Positions 8,241 to 18,072 of a DNA stretch of 64,000 nt are shown piece by piece. The stretch is taken from IMG/VR virus record IMGVR_UViG_3300025576_000001, positions 12,217-76,216 of that record; one strand, written 5' to 3'. The notes under the pieces were generated by a model, which worked only from the letters and a program-made list of their open reading frames with translations, did no database searches and was not told the DNA's origin. Origin of the DNA: a virus. Position 1 is the first letter of the stretch. Each line of letters opens with the position of its first letter. The position numbers and the translations under genes were made by a program.

Positions 8241-9659
8241 ATGGACTTCTCAGTCATTCAGCTAGATCCGACGATCCGAGCCCTCGTGCAAGACAACGCG
8301 CTCATCCGCGAGTTCAAGGACGCGCTGTACCCGCGCAACCTGTTCCGCAGTGAGGCCGCCCCGGTGTTGCAGCCGGGACAAGCCGGTGATCAGTTCATCT
8401 TCACCGGGAACGGCCTGATGGCGCCCTCCACCAATCCGCTGCCTCCAGGGAAGGAGCCCGAGCCGGTTTCGTTCGACAAGGAACAGTGGAACATGCAGCT
8501 CCACCAGTACGCGAACCGCTGCCCCGACACCAGCATGCCGACCAGCATCGTGGCGATCGCGAATCTGTTCACCAACAACGTCCACCAGCTCGGCCTGAAC
8601 GCCGCGCAGTCGCTCAACCGCGTCGTGCGCGATCGGCTCTACAACGCCGGCATGAGCGGATGGACGGTCGCGAACGGCGCCACCGCCTCCGGGACCAGCC
8701 TCCCGGTCATGCGGCTCAACGGCTTCACGACCGCGCGGCGCCCAGACCTGACGGCCGGAAGCCCCGTGCAGTATTCGGCGGTGTCGTCCTCGAATCCGCT
8801 GCCGATCAGCTACATCGGCACCGATGGGAACGTTCACACGGTCAACGTCGTCAACTTCACGTCGCCATTCTCGGGCGACGTGGTCGGCCCCGGCACCCTC
8901 ACGACCGACGTGAGTTTGCCGGCCGCGATCTCGAACCGTGGCGTGATCTGGAGCAACGACGCCACCTACATGGTGCGGAGCGGTGGCGGCAACGGCATCG
9001 ACTCTCTGACGAGCACGACCAGCAACGGGTTTACGTTCGACCTGTTCCGCGCGGCCATCGGTCGCCTGGAAGACAGCAACGTGCCGAAGATGCCGGACGG
9101 CTTCTACCACAGCCACTTCAACAGCTACTCGAAGAACCAGCTTTTCAGCAGTGACGAGAGCCAGAAGCTCCTGACCTCGCTGCCTGACTACTACTGGTTC
9201 AAGGAGTTCGCGCTGGGCGACATCCTCGGAACCCTCGTGTTCCAGGACACCGAGACCCCGCGGTCCAGCACCGTGGCGGGCGGCATCCAGAACGTCTACA
9301 ACGGCGACGCCCGCAAGGGCGAGCAGTTCGGCGGCGAGATGTGGAACGCCAGCAAGCTGGAAGTCCAGCGCCCGATCTTCATCGGCGCCGAGGCGGTGTA
9401 CGAGTACTACGCCGACCTGCGCGGCCTCATCACCGAGGCCGGGCTCAACGGCGAGGTGGGCGACTTCAGCCAGCTCACCAACAACGGCGTGGAAGTCAAC
9501 GCCGACCGCGTGCAGGTCTACCTGCGCGCCCCCGTGAACGTGATGGGCGACCTCGTGACCGGCATCTGGAAGACCATCATGGACTGGCCCTGCAGGACCG
9601 ACGGTGCGACCGGGGATACCGCTCGCTACAAGAGGATCTGCGTCGTCGAGCACGTCTAG
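8241..9659 (+). CDS. major capsid protein
   Basis: 472 aa after the scaffold; QLGLNAAQSLNRVVRDRL backbone-helix-like segment; LEDSNVP..PDGFY..H. Confidence 0.8.
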   Translation: MDFSVIQLDPTIRALVQDNALIREFKDALYPRNLFRSEAAPVLQPGQAGDQFIFTGNGLMAPSTNPLPPGKEPEPVSFDKEQWNMQLHQYANRCPDTSMPTSIVAIANLFTNNVHQLGLNAAQSLNRVVRDRLYNAGMSGWTVANGATASGTSLPVMRLNGFTTARRPDLTAGSPVQYSAVSSSNPLPISYIGTDGNVHTVNVVNFTSPFSGDVVGPGTLTTDVSLPAAISNRGVIWSNDATYMVRSGGGNGIDSLTSTTSNGFTFDLFRAAIGRLEDSNVPKMPDGFYHSHFNSYSKNQLFSSDESQKLLTSLPDYYWFKEFALGDILGTLVFQDTETPRSSTVAGGIQNVYNGDARKGEQFGGEMWNASKLEVQRPIFIGAEAVYEYYADLRGLITEAGLNGEVGDFSQLTNNGVEVNADRVQVYLRAPVNVMGDLVTGIWKTIMDWPCRTDGATGDTARYKRICVVEHV

Positions 9660-9661
9660 TC

Positions 9662-10160
9662 ACGTGCGCGACCTCGGGACCAATCATGTTCGGACCAGGG
9701 ACATGCTCGACACGAACGGCGACGGCGCCGTCGGGCATGTTCCTGTCGAGTTTGCCCTTCGGGGCAATTAAAGGGCCTGGGCTCTTTTTGAGCCGTAACC
9801 ACTCGCGGTCGTGTCGCAGTGGTCTGGCCCGCCAGCGTGGTGGCGGCGCTTCGGCGCCTGCCCATACGAACGCGCTGGATAGCCGCACTTGTCGCCGGAT
9901 GGTCGCGGATACGCGCTCGCTTGGTCTGGTCACTCAGCGAGAGCGCCCGCCTTTGATGGCGAACTCCAACGGGCCTCGTGCCTTGCTGGAGATGTTGTGC
10001 GGCGCTCGGGGAGCACGGAACCCTGCCTGTGGCATCGGAACCGCGATCCCCTCTGGCGGCCCCACTGCTAGTCGGTGGTCGGTGGCTTCGGCCATGACGT
10101 CGGACTCTCGCATGAGCAGAACCCATCGTCGTGGGACAAACGACGTATCTGCACGCGCCG
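9662..10160 (+). ncRNA. candidate large structured non-coding RNA
   Basis: ~550-nt intergenic gap with a 16-bp stem (9696-9711/9730-9745), three C(UUCG)G hairpins and several further stems. Confidence 0.55.
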
Positions 10161-10206
10161 GAGTTCAACGCCCCGCCTCTTTTCGACCAGCAGCAGGAGA
10201 GACCCC

Positions 10207-10590
10207 ATGAGCCTACTGAGCGACAAGGCAGCGCAGCGAGTCGCGGCGACCCGCAAGCCCGCCGAACCATCGAAGACGAGTGAGCCTGCGGCCCCAGCGG
10301 ACCCGCTGGCCGACGTCGTGGTGTCGGCTGAGGAGTTCACGCGGTCCAAGACCGAGGGGCTGGACGTGGTCGTGGACCCGCCACCCACGCCACCCCCTGC
10401 CGCCGAAGAACCGAAGGCCAAGGAGCAACCCAAGCCCACGCGCGTGCGGGTCCTGGAGCCCGGCAAGATCATGCTGGGCGGCTGCATGCAGCGATTCAAG
10501 CGCGGCGCCATTCTGGACCAGCGCCACTACGATCCCGAGCACTTCCGTCAGCTTCTGACGGTTCTCACGACGGAGCCGGTCACGGGGTAG
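10207..10590 (+). CDS. hypothetical virion-associated protein
   Basis: AGGAG RBS; ATG at 10207; Pro-rich N-term. Confidence 0.65.
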   Translation: MSLLSDKAAQRVAATRKPAEPSKTSEPAAPADPLADVVVSAEEFTRSKTEGLDVVVDPPPTPPPAAEEPKAKEQPKPTRVRVLEPGKIMLGGCMQRFKRGAILDQRHYDPEHFRQLLTVLTTEPVTG

Positions 10591-10591
10591 C

Positions 10592-11011
10592 ATGCTGAGC
10601 CCCGCCGAAAGAGTCCGGGTCAAGTACCACCTGGGGTATCCCTTGCTGTCTGCTGTCCCGGCGCTGAACGCCGGCATCCCGGTCTCGACCCCCATGTTGA
10701 GCATCGTGGATCTGGCGATGAACAGCCTTCTGCCCGACGGCGAGCCGATGGTGCGGGAGCAAATCGCCCGCTGCGACCAACTCGACCAGGCCATCATCGA
10801 CGCTCAGATCCGCATGCAGGTCAGCAAGGTCGACGGCGTGGAGATGCGGGAACACGAGACTGACCTCCTCGACGTGGAGTATGCGCGGCAAGCGGCGCGC
10901 CTATCGGACATCCTGCACGCCCCGTTCTATCCGTTCTCGACCCGCTACAGGTCGATGCAGCAGTTGGGGCTTGGTGGACGAGTTCAGACCGGCATGATCG
11001 GAGTCGCCTGA
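10592..11011 (+). CDS. putative head-tail adaptor
   Basis: MLSPAERVRVKYHLGY start; size and position after the capsid gene. Confidence 0.6.
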   Translation: MLSPAERVRVKYHLGYPLLSAVPALNAGIPVSTPMLSIVDLAMNSLLPDGEPMVREQIARCDQLDQAIIDAQIRMQVSKVDGVEMREHETDLLDVEYARQAARLSDILHAPFYPFSTRYRSMQQLGLGGRVQTGMIGVA

Positions 11012-11406
11012 TGTCGATCCCATCGTTCGTCAAGCACTCGGGGGTCGCGGTCAGCCAGGACTGCTCGGGCGGCAACTTCGGCATCGGCCCAATCGACACC
11101 AGCTTCGGCATCACGTGCGCGGCGCAAAAGAGCGGGCAGGACGACGTCGTGAACGCCACCAGCGGGTCGCCCCTGGTGCTCCCACTGGAGAATGTCGCGA
11201 AGGTGCGGGTCCTCATCATCGCCGTCTCGGGCAACAGCGTGACGCTGCAACTGACGAGCGCCGCGGGCAACAACCAGGCGATCCCACTGAGCAGCGGCGG
11301 TATGCAGATTCACTTCGCGCCGACGGTGGGTGACGAGTTCACCGCCATTTCGATTGTCGGCAATGGCGCGACCGTCAATTACTTCATCGCGGGGGACCTG
11401 TCCTGA
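11011..11406 (+). CDS. hypothetical structural protein
   Basis: Translationally coupled; beta-rich composition. Confidence 0.6.
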   Translation: MSIPSFVKHSGVAVSQDCSGGNFGIGPIDTSFGITCAAQKSGQDDVVNATSGSPLVLPLENVAKVRVLIIAVSGNSVTLQLTSAAGNNQAIPLSSGGMQIHFAPTVGDEFTAISIVGNGATVNYFIAGDLS

Positions 11407-11999
11407 TGCTGGCCGACCGCACGACCCCGAGCGACCCGCTGGCCGAAGCGCCGGCTCTGTCGGGGCAAGTGCATCCGGTGCCGGCCGGTCGGCGGACCCT
11501 CATGGAGTCGCTGGTGCCGGCAGTCGATCGCGCCCGTCAGACTCGCAACGACTTGGGGCTCGCGCCGTATCGCGTGTTCCTGGTTCACTGGCGCTGGCCC
11601 GGCAAGCGCGGCGTCGGACGGCCCGTCGAGACTTCGCGAGTCGAGATCCTGCCGACTCCCAGGGTCCAGGACATGCTCAGCACGTCCATGGGGCTGTCGG
11701 CATTCGGCATCACGGAAGCCGGCGGTCTGTTCGTCGATCGCATCAGCCCGCGATTCAGCGAAGCGGACCTGCGCGGCTTGACGCCAGACCTTCTGGACCC
11801 GGTGCGCCCGCAGACGATGAGCGGTCACGCCGAGTTCTTCTGGGAGGTGCGGGAGAGTCGCCGGACCAATCCGCCGACGAAGCCACGGCGCTACACCGTG
11901 AGCGGCGTCCCGATGCTGGCCAAGGGCGGTCTTCAGTGGCGCGTGAATCTGGCGAAACAGGACACGTCGTTTGAAGTCGAGCCCGAGGTGGCGTCGTGA
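11406..11999 (+). CDS. putative head-closure / neck protein
   Basis: Position in the neck cluster; coupled to neighbours. Confidence 0.55.
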   Translation: MLADRTTPSDPLAEAPALSGQVHPVPAGRRTLMESLVPAVDRARQTRNDLGLAPYRVFLVHWRWPGKRGVGRPVETSRVEILPTPRVQDMLSTSMGLSAFGITEAGGLFVDRISPRFSEADLRGLTPDLLDPVRPQTMSGHAEFFWEVRESRRTNPPTKPRRYTVSGVPMLAKGGLQWRVNLAKQDTSFEVEPEVAS

Positions 12000-12610
12000 T
12001 TCGCACGGTCCACCTCCGGGATCTGGGCGGCTACGTGTCGCGCATCCCCAAGGAGCGCCACGCGGCGGCCGTGCGGGGAGTCCGCCGGTGTATGCGGCAG
12101 CGCGGGCGAGTCATCGTCAACGAGGAGATCAACGCCACGAAGCCCCGGCCGCCCGTCGACCGTCGCACCTACGCGAACTCCTGGGAGACGCTGGCGATCG
12201 AGAACGGTTGCCGCATCTACTCGACGGACCCCAAGGCGTCGATCGTGGACCGCGGCCGGCGCCCTGGCGCGGGCGTGAGCCGCGCCGGCATCGAGGCCCT
12301 GATGGGCTGGGTTCACCGGCATGGCATGGATACCGTGTCGGCTCCTGCCGCTCAGCGGGTCGCGCGCCAGCAGATGATGCAGCGGGCGCTGGGGATTCGC
12401 GCCATCACCAAGGCGGTCGCCAAACGTGAGCAAGTCGGCGCAGCGGCCCGTTCCATCGCCTACGCGATCGCGGGCGCCATCAAGAAGCGCGGTCTGTGGA
12501 TGCCGAAGGGCCTACGGGTGTTCGAGCGCGCCAGCCGGAGGATCGTCGAAGAGTGCCGCGCGGCCGTCCACATGGCGATCGCGGGCGCCGAGTTCCAGGA
12601 GCGGCACTAA
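11996..12610 (+). CDS. putative neck protein (HK97 gp10-like)
   Basis: PVDRRTYANSW...RGRRPG...WV...IA.AIKKRG pattern; basic. Confidence 0.6.
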   Translation: MIRTVHLRDLGGYVSRIPKERHAAAVRGVRRCMRQRGRVIVNEEINATKPRPPVDRRTYANSWETLAIENGCRIYSTDPKASIVDRGRRPGAGVSRAGIEALMGWVHRHGMDTVSAPAAQRVARQQMMQRALGIRAITKAVAKREQVGAAARSIAYAIAGAIKKRGLWMPKGLRVFERASRRIVEECRAAVHMAIAGAEFQERH

Positions 12611-13311
12611 TGTACGCCTCCCAATACTCGACCTCGGCCACGATGGACGTGCGGGACGCCTGCGCGCTGGCGCTCTCTCGGGTCATCGAGCGCATCGACA
12701 CTATGATCGGCGGCCAGCGCATCAAGTTCAACCACGTGTTCGACGAGTGGCCGACCACACAGGATCAGTACGACCCACCGGCCGCGTGCATCGTGGCGCC
12801 TCCCGAGTGGGAATACTCCGACAGTGGCGAGCCGAAACTGCTGGAGGACACGGTTCAAAGCGTCGTGACCGCCACGACGGATCCACCCTCCTATGGCCTC
12901 TACAAGACCGCCGAGATGCTCGACCAGTTCGGTCTGCAGATCCGGGCGGGCTCATCGGCCATGCGGTCCATGCTGAAGTTGGCCGTCGAGGATGCCTTCC
13001 AGCTTCGCGAAGCCGCCATGTACCCCGCGGGGCAGCGGTACGGCCTGCAGTTGCCGCTCCCCGAGTATTGGGGGATGACGGCTCGGGCCTCACTGCAGAA
13101 GGGCAGCAACACCGACTCGGAAGACGCGGCCATGCGAAACCAGCGTGAGGCCAGCTTCGTGATTTCCATGCAGGCCCCCAAGGTACAGCTCATGGCCGTC
13201 TGGCCCATGAGCATCACTGTGACCGAAAAGACCCTCACCGGCGACGGGCGACTCATCAACAGCGCCAGCATCACGCCGACCTCCACGCCTCCCACCATGA
13301 CCAGGAGCTAG
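12610..13311 (+). CDS. putative tail terminator / completion protein
   Basis: TAATG overlap; directly before the sheath gene. Confidence 0.55.
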   Translation: MYASQYSTSATMDVRDACALALSRVIERIDTMIGGQRIKFNHVFDEWPTTQDQYDPPAACIVAPPEWEYSDSGEPKLLEDTVQSVVTATTDPPSYGLYKTAEMLDQFGLQIRAGSSAMRSMLKLAVEDAFQLREAAMYPAGQRYGLQLPLPEYWGMTARASLQKGSNTDSEDAAMRNQREASFVISMQAPKVQLMAVWPMSITVTEKTLTGDGRLINSASITPTSTPPTMTRS

Positions 13312-13315
13312 TCCC

Positions 13316-15166
13316 ATGTTCATTTACCGCACGACCACGATGCCGACCCTCGCGAAGCTCATGGAATTGGAGCGGATCGTCGCCATCGACGGCGCGGGTC
13401 CCAACCAGCCCGTCAGTGGCGGAACCGTTCGGGCCGTCGTGGTGGGGGAGTGTCTTCAGGGTCCGTTCGTCCCCACGGTCGTGAACGCCCCGAGCGACAT
13501 CACCAACTACTTCGTCGGCAACCCCGACAACTTCGACATCATCAGCCAGAGCGGGTTCGACCCGACGACGGCCGTGCAGGACGGTTCCGGCGTGGCGTTC
13601 GACGGGAACCTCTGGGCAGAACTGAAGGGCAAGACGTTCAGTGGACTGGTGATCCAGCGCGTCGACTGCGACATGGTCCAGGGCGATTCGTCGACCACCA
13701 AGGCGTACATGGCGTTCACCGTCACGGTGGCATCTGCTGACCAGGTGGCGACGGGCGGGACATACGGTTCGACCAACAAGGAGATCGTGATTCCGTCGGG
13801 CACGCGGTTCGGCAACGCCGCCCTCGGGAGCGCGGCCGAAATCGTCGCGCTGTCGCAACAGATCACGATTCCAGCCGGGACCCCCCTCACGGCCGCGAAC
13901 GTCATCGCCTGCGCCATCAGTTTCACGCAAGACCCGGCGAGTGCCCAGCTCACCTACGTGACCAGCGGAGCCACGACGGGCGCCACGGCGTTCTACGTGA
14001 AGGGCACGGCGGCGGCATCGGCCGTCATCACGACCGCCATCGACACCACGATCCCGGGTGTCCAGTCGACCATTTCGGCCAGTGGGGTCAGCACCATCGG
14101 ACTCGCCGGAACCGGCGTTGCGGCCCACGCGCCCGCGGGCGGCGGCGCGGCCCCGAGTCCCGACACGCTCGCGAACCGCATCACCCTCAACTACGCGGCG
14201 GCCATCACCAAGACGTTGCCGGGTGTTCTCGCGACCAACGACATCGTGGCGATCTGGTCGGCGCGCAACTACCAGACCAACGGCTTGACTCCCGACGGCG
14301 CCAAGACGATGCGGTTGAACCTCTGGAACAATGCGATTCAGTCCAGCACGGTCGGACGCGGGCGCGTCGCCTGCGTGACCTCGGCCCCGGCGACCAGCAG
14401 CACCAGCACCGAGCAGACGACCGTGAAGGGCGTCTACGAGGGCCTGGTGGCGAACGACGTCATCACGGGCGCCGACGCCGACCGCTACTGGCTCAGTGGT
14501 CCCTACGTCCAGGTCTTCAGCACCGAACTGAACGCCGACATCGTCATCAGTGTCTGCGGCAGCCGGGCCTGCATGAAGGTCAATCTGGCGAACAACGGTC
14601 AGTCCGAATACCAGACCAGCGTGGGCAGCCCCGAGAACGCCAGCATCCAAGCCGTCGACGCTCAGGAGCCTTGCTTCGCCGCCAACCCCATGCAGGACGC
14701 GGACTTCGTCGCCATGAAGGCGGCTGGGGTCGCGTGGTTCGGGCAGGATCGCGTTGCCGGCTGGTGGTTCTACAGCGGCGTCACCGCGGCGAACCCGATC
14801 ACCTACGAGAACCGCGTCTCCGACAACCGCCGCAGCTTCGCGGACGAGATCCAGGACATGATCTTCGGGCTGGGCACGCCCTACTCGAAGAAGCCCGGTA
14901 CTCCGCAGCGGGCCGACTCCTACATGCAGGACATCACGACCTACGTGGACAACCTCGTGAATCCACCGGTCGGCGACAGCCGCGCGATGGCGGCGCAGGT
15001 GCTCGACGGCGCAGCAGCGGGCAACAGCCAGGATCTCAACTCCCACGGCGTCTATCTGTTCGAGGCCGACGTGACGATGTACGGCGATATGAACGCCATC
15101 GTCATCAAGACCATGATCGGCCCGAACGTCATCATCAGCCAGGCCACCTCGACGGCCGGCACGTAA
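13316..15166 (+). CDS. tail sheath protein
   Basis: 616 aa; VVGECLQGPFVPT N-term; C-term RRSFADEIQD; followed by tube, chaperone and tape measure genes. Confidence 0.8.
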   Translation: MFIYRTTTMPTLAKLMELERIVAIDGAGPNQPVSGGTVRAVVVGECLQGPFVPTVVNAPSDITNYFVGNPDNFDIISQSGFDPTTAVQDGSGVAFDGNLWAELKGKTFSGLVIQRVDCDMVQGDSSTTKAYMAFTVTVASADQVATGGTYGSTNKEIVIPSGTRFGNAALGSAAEIVALSQQITIPAGTPLTAANVIACAISFTQDPASAQLTYVTSGATTGATAFYVKGTAAASAVITTAIDTTIPGVQSTISASGVSTIGLAGTGVAAHAPAGGGAAPSPDTLANRITLNYAAAITKTLPGVLATNDIVAIWSARNYQTNGLTPDGAKTMRLNLWNNAIQSSTVGRGRVACVTSAPATSSTSTEQTTVKGVYEGLVANDVITGADADRYWLSGPYVQVFSTELNADIVISVCGSRACMKVNLANNGQSEYQTSVGSPENASIQAVDAQEPCFAANPMQDADFVAMKAAGVAWFGQDRVAGWWFYSGVTAANPITYENRVSDNRRSFADEIQDMIFGLGTPYSKKPGTPQRADSYMQDITTYVDNLVNPPVGDSRAMAAQVLDGAAAGNSQDLNSHGVYLFEADVTMYGDMNAIVIKTMIGPNVIISQATSTAGT

Positions 15167-15175
15167 GGAGCGACC

Positions 15176-15622
15176 ATGTCGTCTGACTACCGAGTTCTAG
15201 GCCGAGACACCAACATCCGGGTCACTCAGAGCGGGATCCTCCTGACTGAGATCACCGCCATCAAGAACCTGGACGTCGGCCCCGAGTTGACGTTGCTGTC
15301 CGAGGGCTTCCTGGGCGAGCAGGCCGAGCGCCACCGGGAAGTCTTCAAGGCGGTGGATGTCAGCTTCGTCGTCGAGCCCGAGGGTGAGTCTATCTTCCAG
15401 CTTCAAAACGCCATCTACCAGCGGGCGCGAAGCGGGCAGGCCAACGCCCTCCAGATCAACCTAGGGTACAGGATCCAGTTCCCATCGGGCGTCATCTTCC
15501 GCATGACCCTGCCGGACCTGAAGTTCTCCGACCCCGGCAAGCTCGCGAACGCGGGCCGCGAGTCGTTCCTCGCCATGAGCTTCGCGGGCAAGACCGACCG
15601 CTACATCCCGAATTTTACGTAA
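15176..15622 (+). CDS. tail tube protein
   Basis: 148 aa directly after the sheath; beta-rich. Confidence 0.7.
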   Translation: MSSDYRVLGRDTNIRVTQSGILLTEITAIKNLDVGPELTLLSEGFLGEQAERHREVFKAVDVSFVVEPEGESIFQLQNAIYQRARSGQANALQINLGYRIQFPSGVIFRMTLPDLKFSDPGKLANAGRESFLAMSFAGKTDRYIPNFT

Positions 15623-15649
15623 CCGACCCAACGACAGAGGAGGCCACCG

Positions 15650-16203
15650 ATGTCAGACAATCCGATGACCCTTGGGGCGCAGGCGGCTGCCGCCATCTCG
15701 TCCCTTCCCCGCAAGACCTGGACGATCCCGGAGTCGGCCCGCAATGGCACGACCGACCCCGGCACCATCACGCTTCGCCACTTGACGTTTGCCGAAGAGA
15801 AGGCGGCGCTGGAAGCGCACGAGCACGGCGGTGGCAGCTATCTCCCCGAAGGAGCGATGCGCGCCCTCTGTGCCGCCGACGGCAAGCCCCTGACGTGGAC
15901 CGACAATCAGATCGAGAGCTTCTTCAAATCTCTGTCACCCAAGACCCGCGACCTCGTCGAGCGTGCCTTCGGTAACTTCTGCATCCCGAACAAGAAGGAA
16001 CAGGACGATTTTTTAGCCAGCGGGACAACCGAACCGTCAGCGCAAAACTCCTAGACTCACTGTGGGACGACGTCGTCTACATAGCTCGATACGGACACCA
16101 ACCCTTCAGCGAAATAGTCAGCCGACCGCGTTCTGAAATCACCAAGATCAAAGAAGCCCTCGGGCGGCTGGTGGACCAAGAGAACAGCAAGCGAACCACC
16201 TAA
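15650..16203 (+). CDS. tail assembly chaperone G (15650-16054) and -1 frameshift product GT (to 16203)
   Basis: Slippery T TTT TTA at 16009-16015; the -1 frame reads ...LWDDVVYIARYGHQPFSEI... to TAA at 16201-16203, just before the tape measure gene. Confidence 0.85.
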
Positions 16204-16209
16204 GCCAGC

Positions 16210-18072
16210 ATGTCCGACAACACGACACACGTTGAGGGTCTGGACTTCACGGTCCAGGACCACGCGACGGCGCCCGCCGAGCACATGGCGAAGGCGTTCG
16301 AGCGCGTTCACCACGCGGCCGAGGCGACGACCCGCAAGCTCGGCGAGATGACCCATCACGCCGCCATGTCGGGGCTGGCGATGGTGGGACTCGGGTTCGG
16401 GTTCCGCGAAGTCGCGAAGTTCGCGGGCGACGCCAATCTCGAACTCGAACACGCGGCCAAGAAGATCGCGGGTGTCCAGTTCGCGTTCAGCAATTGGAAG
16501 GCGGGGACCACCGGACAGGAGAAGTGGAACGAGTCCATGGTGGACGCCTCCCGCATCCTGGCGAAGCTGGAGCCCGCCGAGTCCAGACTGAAGATGACCA
16601 GAGCCGATCTGGCCGAGATCTACAAGTCTCAGGCGATGATGTCGGAGCGGTATCGCCAGAGCGAGGCCCAGCAGCTCGACCTGACGGAGAAGCTGGGCGC
16701 CACGCAGAAGGTGCTGGGCATCAACGCCGAGGCGGCCGGCGACATGATCGGCCGTGCGGCCATGACGGGCGCCATCCCACTGCGCAGTCAACTCGGTCGC
16801 TATCTGGCGGCCAGTGTCGGCGATCTCAAGAAGTTCAGGCACGAGTCGGAGGCGCTACGGTTCGAGAAGCTCAAGAAGGCGCTGGGCGACATGCTGCCGG
16901 CGGCGGCCGGGATGGGGAAGGGGATCGAGGGCAGCATGTTCGACGCCAAGAAGGCCCTGAACGACTTGACCCGCGACCTGACGGGGCCGGTATTCCAGCA
17001 GGTCACGAAGGACGTGGCCGAGTGGGCGCACAAACTGGCAGAGGTGCGGGAGAACGGCCAGAGCGCGGCGGCCGAATGGGGCGGGAAGCTCGTGACGGCG
17101 TTTGGCTACCTGAAGGACGCGACGGTGTTCATCGCCGACCACTGGAAGACCATCGCGGGCATCTGGGTCGCGACGAAGCTCACTGGGGGGCTACAGGGGC
17201 TCTCGACGAAATTCGGCGCGGCGGGAGCAGCGGCGGGCGGCGCAAGCGCGACCGGCACAATGAACGTCTCGGCCGGCGTCGTGAACGTGTCGGGTGGCGC
17301 CGCCGCGGCCCTGGGCGGGACGACGGCCGCGGCCATCGGCGACAAGCTGAAGCCAGGACTCGCCAGCACGGTGGGGAAGCTGGCGGGCTTTGCCGCGAAG
17401 GCCGGCATGGTCACGGAAGCGCTTGGCGGGCTCTATCTGGGGCTCCAAGCCGCCGCCACCGAGCTGGACGAGTGGCACACCAAGAGCATCAACAGGGACG
17501 CGCAGTTCGGAGAGGGCAGCGCGATCCGAGGCGGACTAGGCGCCAACGCGGCCGAGGCCATCCAGGCGTTCCGCGAGGCCGCCGACAAGGACCTGCAGGC
17601 GGGAAGCGAAAGCCTCGCGACCGCCAAGGCCGCCAAAGCCGCCTACACGAAACTACGCGGCGTCTACGGCGCCGGGGTCATCGGCGAGGGAGGGAAGGTC
17701 AACATCGAGGCCGCCAAGGACGCCTACGGCGCGATGGACCTGGAGACGCGAAAGAAGCAACTCTCTGGCCTCGGGCTTGACATCGATAAAGCCTGGTACA
17801 ACACCGACCAAGTGCAGACGGCGTTCGCCGACCGACTCGCGCAGGTGTTGGCGACACTGCTGGGGGCTGGCGCAAACGCGCCCGGCGCGACCGCCGATAG
17901 CAAGAAGAAGCTCACGGCCGCGCCCGTCACTCAGATCAACGTCGCCCACATGGAGATCACGCAAGAGTTCAAGCAGTCCGATCCCGACCGCGTCTTCCAC
18001 AATGTCCCGCGTGACATCGCCGACATGCTGCGGAACCCACGCGGTAGCAACATTCCGCCGGTGCCAGGATGA
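16210..18072 (+). CDS. tape measure protein
   Basis: 620 aa, Ala/Gly-rich and helical; follows the chaperones. Confidence 0.8.
   Translation: MSDNTTHVEGLDFTVQDHATAPAEHMAKAFERVHHAAEATTRKLGEMTHHAAMSGLAMVGLGFGFREVAKFAGDANLELEHAAKKIAGVQFAFSNWKAGTTGQEKWNESMVDASRILAKLEPAESRLKMTRADLAEIYKSQAMMSERYRQSEAQQLDLTEKLGATQKVLGINAEAAGDMIGRAAMTGAIPLRSQLGRYLAASVGDLKKFRHESEALRFEKLKKALGDMLPAAAGMGKGIEGSMFDAKKALNDLTRDLTGPVFQQVTKDVAEWAHKLAEVRENGQSAAAEWGGKLVTAFGYLKDATVFIADHWKTIAGIWVATKLTGGLQGLSTKFGAAGAAAGGASATGTMNVSAGVVNVSGGAAAALGGTTAAAIGDKLKPGLASTVGKLAGFAAKAGMVTEALGGLYLGLQAAATELDEWHTKSINRDAQFGEGSAIRGGLGANAAEAIQAFREAADKDLQAGSESLATAKAAKAAYTKLRGVYGAGVIGEGGKVNIEAAKDAYGAMDLETRKKQLSGLGLDIDKAWYNTDQVQTAFADRLAQVLATLLGAGANAPGATADSKKKLTAAPVTQINVAHMEITQEFKQSDPDRVFHNVPRDIADMLRNPRGSNIPPVPG

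Noticed and set aside
9662-10160. Group I/II intron, tmRNA or RNase P identity for the structured region
   Set aside because: No diagnostic core or terminal motifs recognised by eye; a covariance-model search is still needed.
9341-10210. 289-aa ORF as a -1 frameshift extension of the major capsid protein
   Set aside because: No slippery heptamer near the capsid stop, the translation does not look protein-like, and long open frames are common at this GC; RNA structure explains the region better.
6422-15046. Long minus-strand ORFs (6422-8257, 8262-9653, 13271-15046) and similar shadows elsewhere
   Set aside because: Antisense shadows of real GC3-biased genes; no motifs or RBSs.
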